This document shows, in pieces, positions 43,308 through 44,700 of a DNA stretch of 44,700 nucleotides. The notes beneath the pieces were generated by a model. It was not told the DNA's origin, did no database searches, and saw only the letters and a program-made list of their open reading frames with translations. The translations under genes were made by a program, and so were the position numbers. Position 1 is the stretch's first letter, and the number at the start of each line of letters is the position of its first letter. This stretch comes from Escherichia phage vb_EcoS_bov11C2, in sequence record MT884012.2; one strand, given 5' to 3'.

Positions 43308-44450
43308 ATGCACCCGCAAACTAAAATTACCGATGAGCAATTGATCGCAGAAATTCAGGCAGGGACTACGGTTAAAGATATTGCGAAGAAATACGGGATT
43401 GCCCTACGCAATGTTTATATGCGGAAAGCCCGCCTGTCGAAAAAAGGCATTGGACACGGTAACGATGCCGTAATACGCAAGCGCGTTGCCGATGGGTTTG
43501 GGGTTAAGCGCGTATCGGCCCTGGTGCGCGGCAATGGCGAAGAGGTCATGTCGTGGGTCATCACTGAGCAGGACAAAGAGCGCCAACTCGAAGCCATGCG
43601 CGCTGTTGTCGAGGGTATGAACAGCGAAATCACACCGGCAGCGCCAGTAAAAGCCCCGCCAGTACCGATCCAGGCGCTCGACTTGCTCAACCTGTACACC
43701 GTGTCCGACTTCCACCTGGGCATGTTGGCATGGGGCGAGGAGACTGGCGAAGACTGGGATATGGCGATTGCCGAAGACCTGTTCTACCGCTGGTTTGTCG
43801 AAGCCTTCGCACGCGCACCAGACGCAGGCACTGCCGTAATCAATATCCTCGGTGATATGGCGCACTTTGATAGCCTCGATGCCGTCACTCCCGCCAGCGG
43901 GCACGTACTGGACGCGGATACCCGCTACCAGAAGCTGGTCCGCTACATGATTCGCATGGTGCGTAACGTGGTGGAACTGGCGCTGCAAAAACACCACAAA
44001 GTCAAACTGCTAATCGTCCAGGGGAATCATGACGAGTCTGGCATGATTTGGCTGGCTGAAATGTTCAATACCCTGTACGAGAACGAGCCGCGCGTCGATG
44101 TGGATACGTCCCCGGACGTCTACAAAATGGTGCAGCACGGTAAGACCACACTATTTTTCCACCACGGGCACAAAGCGCGATTCGATGTTATCGAGCAGGT
44201 TATGATCGCTAAATTCAGACAGGCGTTCGGGTCGAGCGAATACAGCTACGCGCACGTAGGCCATTTGCATCACCAGAAGATTGTTGAATCCCGCAACATG
44301 ATTGTTGAACAGCACAGGACGCTCGCAGCGAAAGACGCCTACGCCAGTCGTGGCGGTTGGATGTCAGGTCGCAGCGCAAACGTCATCACCTATAGCGCCA
44401 ACTACGGCGAAGTAGCGCGCTTAACCATTAGCCCGGAAATGTTGAAATGA
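43308..44450 (+). CDS. calcineurin-like metallophosphoesterase with N-terminal HTH-like region
   Basis: Ordered motifs D-x-H (VSDFHLG), GD (ILGDMAH), GNHD (VQGNHDE), HHGH, GHLHH. Confidence 0.65.
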   Translation: MHPQTKITDEQLIAEIQAGTTVKDIAKKYGIALRNVYMRKARLSKKGIGHGNDAVIRKRVADGFGVKRVSALVRGNGEEVMSWVITEQDKERQLEAMRAVVEGMNSEITPAAPVKAPPVPIQALDLLNLYTVSDFHLGMLAWGEETGEDWDMAIAEDLFYRWFVEAFARAPDAGTAVINILGDMAHFDSLDAVTPASGHVLDADTRYQKLVRYMIRMVRNVVELALQKHHKVKLLIVQGNHDESGMIWLAEMFNTLYENEPRVDVDTSPDVYKMVQHGKTTLFFHHGHKARFDVIEQVMIAKFRQAFGSSEYSYAHVGHLHHQKIVESRNMIVEQHRTLAAKDAYASRGGWMSGRSANVITYSANYGEVARLTISPEMLK

Positions 44451-44659
44451 TCAGACAAGTATTCATGAGCACGCAGGCCACCCGCCTGAAAGAACTACGC
44501 AAGCAACTCGAAGGCTTGCGCCGATTTGAACGAACGGCAGCGGCAGTAGGAATGTCGATGGACGAGAGGATCGAAATACTGTCGCAAATACGCTACACAG
44601 AAGGCGCGATAAGAGAAGTACAAAGCATGTTAACCCGATACTACGGGCGCGACGTTTAA
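44447..44659 (+). CDS. hypothetical protein
   Basis: 70 aa ORF, ATGA overlap with the upstream gene, followed by a putative terminator. Confidence 0.45.
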   Translation: MIRQVFMSTQATRLKELRKQLEGLRRFERTAAAVGMSMDERIEILSQIRYTEGAIREVQSMLTRYYGRDV

Positions 44660-44666
44660 ACCGCAT

Positions 44667-44692
44667 AGCCTGCCGATTTGGTGGGCTTTTTT
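44667..44692 (+). terminator. putative intrinsic terminator
   Basis: G-U-containing 9-bp stem with 3-nt loop then T6. Confidence 0.4.
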
Positions 44693-44700
44693 GTGCCTGT

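Noticed and set aside
1-44700. Integrase, excisionase, CI-type repressor or attachment site (temperate lifestyle)
   Set aside because: No ORF shows a tyrosine or serine recombinase pattern and no tRNA-like attachment site was seen; gene content (own polymerase, primase, helicase, methyltransferases) fits a virulent phage. A homology search would be needed to exclude a divergent recombinase.

Overview
The window reads as a near-complete genome of an apparently virulent tailed dsDNA phage (no integrase, CI-like repressor or attachment site seen), siphovirus-type with a lambda-like tail tip. Layout: (1) plus-strand late module 56-24032: small and large terminase, portal, Mu-F-like head morphogenesis protein, overlapped i/o-spanins, scaffold, major capsid, head-tail joining proteins, major tail, G/GT chaperone with a -1 frameshift, tape measure, M/L/K/I/J-like tail tip proteins and a side fibre with a self-cleaving chaperone domain. 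(2) Minus-strand early module 24059-36445: family A DNA polymerase, SNF2 helicase, Cas4-like exonuclease, gp2.5-like SSB, VRR-NUC, Dam and C5-like methyltransferases, HNH-derived protein, HAD phosphatase. (3) Plus-strand early-right module 36849-44659: HTH regulator, primase-helicase, small proteins, holin-endolysin cassette, metallophosphatase. Two minus-strand islands interrupt the late module (5080-6198 and 21146-22335). Main unexplained signals: two near-identical GGGACA iteron/palindrome arrays about 27.5 kb apart; a strongly over-represented ATTGGTTGCA motif at promoters, including a 22-bp identical promoter-operator element and TTGGT-N5-ACCAA inverted repeats at three start sites; an early-promoter-driven cassette inside the head module; a lipoprotein plus beta-rich protein pair next to the fibre genes; and an orphan terminator with its own promoter (candidate small RNA). 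All functional calls rest on motif recognition and gene order read from the sequence; no database search was run. Coordinates I derived myself (motifs, hairpins, refined starts) may be off by 1-2 nt; CDS ends follow the supplied ORF track.
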